DNA from: Octopus bimaculoides
Lineage: Eukaryota
Assembly: GCF_001194135.2 (NCBI RefSeq)
Contig: NC_068981.1
Coordinates: 9,382,516-9,430,113 of the forward strand
Reading direction: 5' to 3'
Length of the DNA: 47,598 bases
The translations under genes and the position numbers were made by a program. Positions 46,984 to 47,598 of the stretch are shown in pieces; position 1 is the stretch's first letter, and every line of letters begins with the position of its first letter. The notes below the pieces were generated by a model. The model was given only the letters and a program-made list of their open reading frames with translations. It did not search any database and was not told the origin of the DNA.

Positions 46984-47598
46984 CCTTGTCTCCTCTTAGT
47001 ATTTTTCACATATTTTTCATAACATAGAAACGTAAAAACACACACAACCACACATACGTGATTTGTGACAACAACATACACATAAATACATACACACATC
47101 AACATTATTGATATAAGATTTAGTTTGTGTGTGTTTCTTATATAAACACGCGCACGCATTGCTATTTTATAACTGTCTTCCTTCCTCTCTTTCTCTCTCT
47201 TCATTGCTCCCGTTCTCTATTCCTTTCTCCCCCTCTCTCCCTCTTCTCTCTCGCTCTCTCAAACGCACACATGCGCACGTACACGCAAGCATTCACTACA
47301 ATATAACTAGATCTTACCTTACTACATGTTCATCAATGTTTTGTAAATATACAAACTACGGAGCTTATGTAGACAGAACAACACATTGCAAATCAGTGAA
47401 CTTCATTAGAAATGTGAAAACTACCTACCCTGCTATCTGTTATAACTTTTTGTTGTTCTGTTGAATATATACATAGATTATGCCTCCAAAGAAGAGAGTT
47501 TGCTAGGGAAAGAAAGCAACCAGTTTAAAAAGACAGCAACAGACTGCAGCAATTCACCACATTCCAGAAGCTACTTAGAACATAATGCAAAATGGTGC

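Noticed and set aside
150-47464. Most ORFs in the supplied track (poly-H, poly-D, CVCV, hydrophobic runs)
   Set aside because: They are translations of microsatellites, SINEs or low-complexity tracts.

Overview
Eukaryotic, AT-rich, repeat-dense genomic DNA with four assembly gaps. The microsatellite and SINE/RTE repeat content suggests a coleoid cephalopod, probably Octopus (inference). The window is dominated by one minus-strand gene, a B-Raf-like Raf Ser/Thr kinase. I reconstructed it by hand as 11 well-supported, phase-compatible exons (42660 down to 1750). They encode the BRS helices, an acidic linker, the RBD, the C1 zinc finger, the CR2 14-3-3 site (RERSTSAP), the hinge and the kinase N-lobe through the equivalent of human BRAF exon 13. 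The rest of the kinase lies beyond position 1. One short C1-entry exon appears cut by the gap at 22983-23374. The N-terminus seems to use a 24-nt micro-exon and one of two candidate start exons. The introns hold decayed transposons: two mariners, a maT/DD37D-like element, a Buster-type hAT, an internally deleted Helitron with both termini, many RTE and CR1-like LINE fragments, and several SINE families. Best leads: a symmetric hinge exon at the position of the vertebrate BRAF alternative exon 9b, a pre-miRNA-sized intronic hairpin, a ~108-bp-arm foldback, divergent Ras-contact residues, possible alternative N-termini, and a weak candidate nested antisense exon chain near an X-box. I found no convincing wholly new system. 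Repeat coordinates are approximate.
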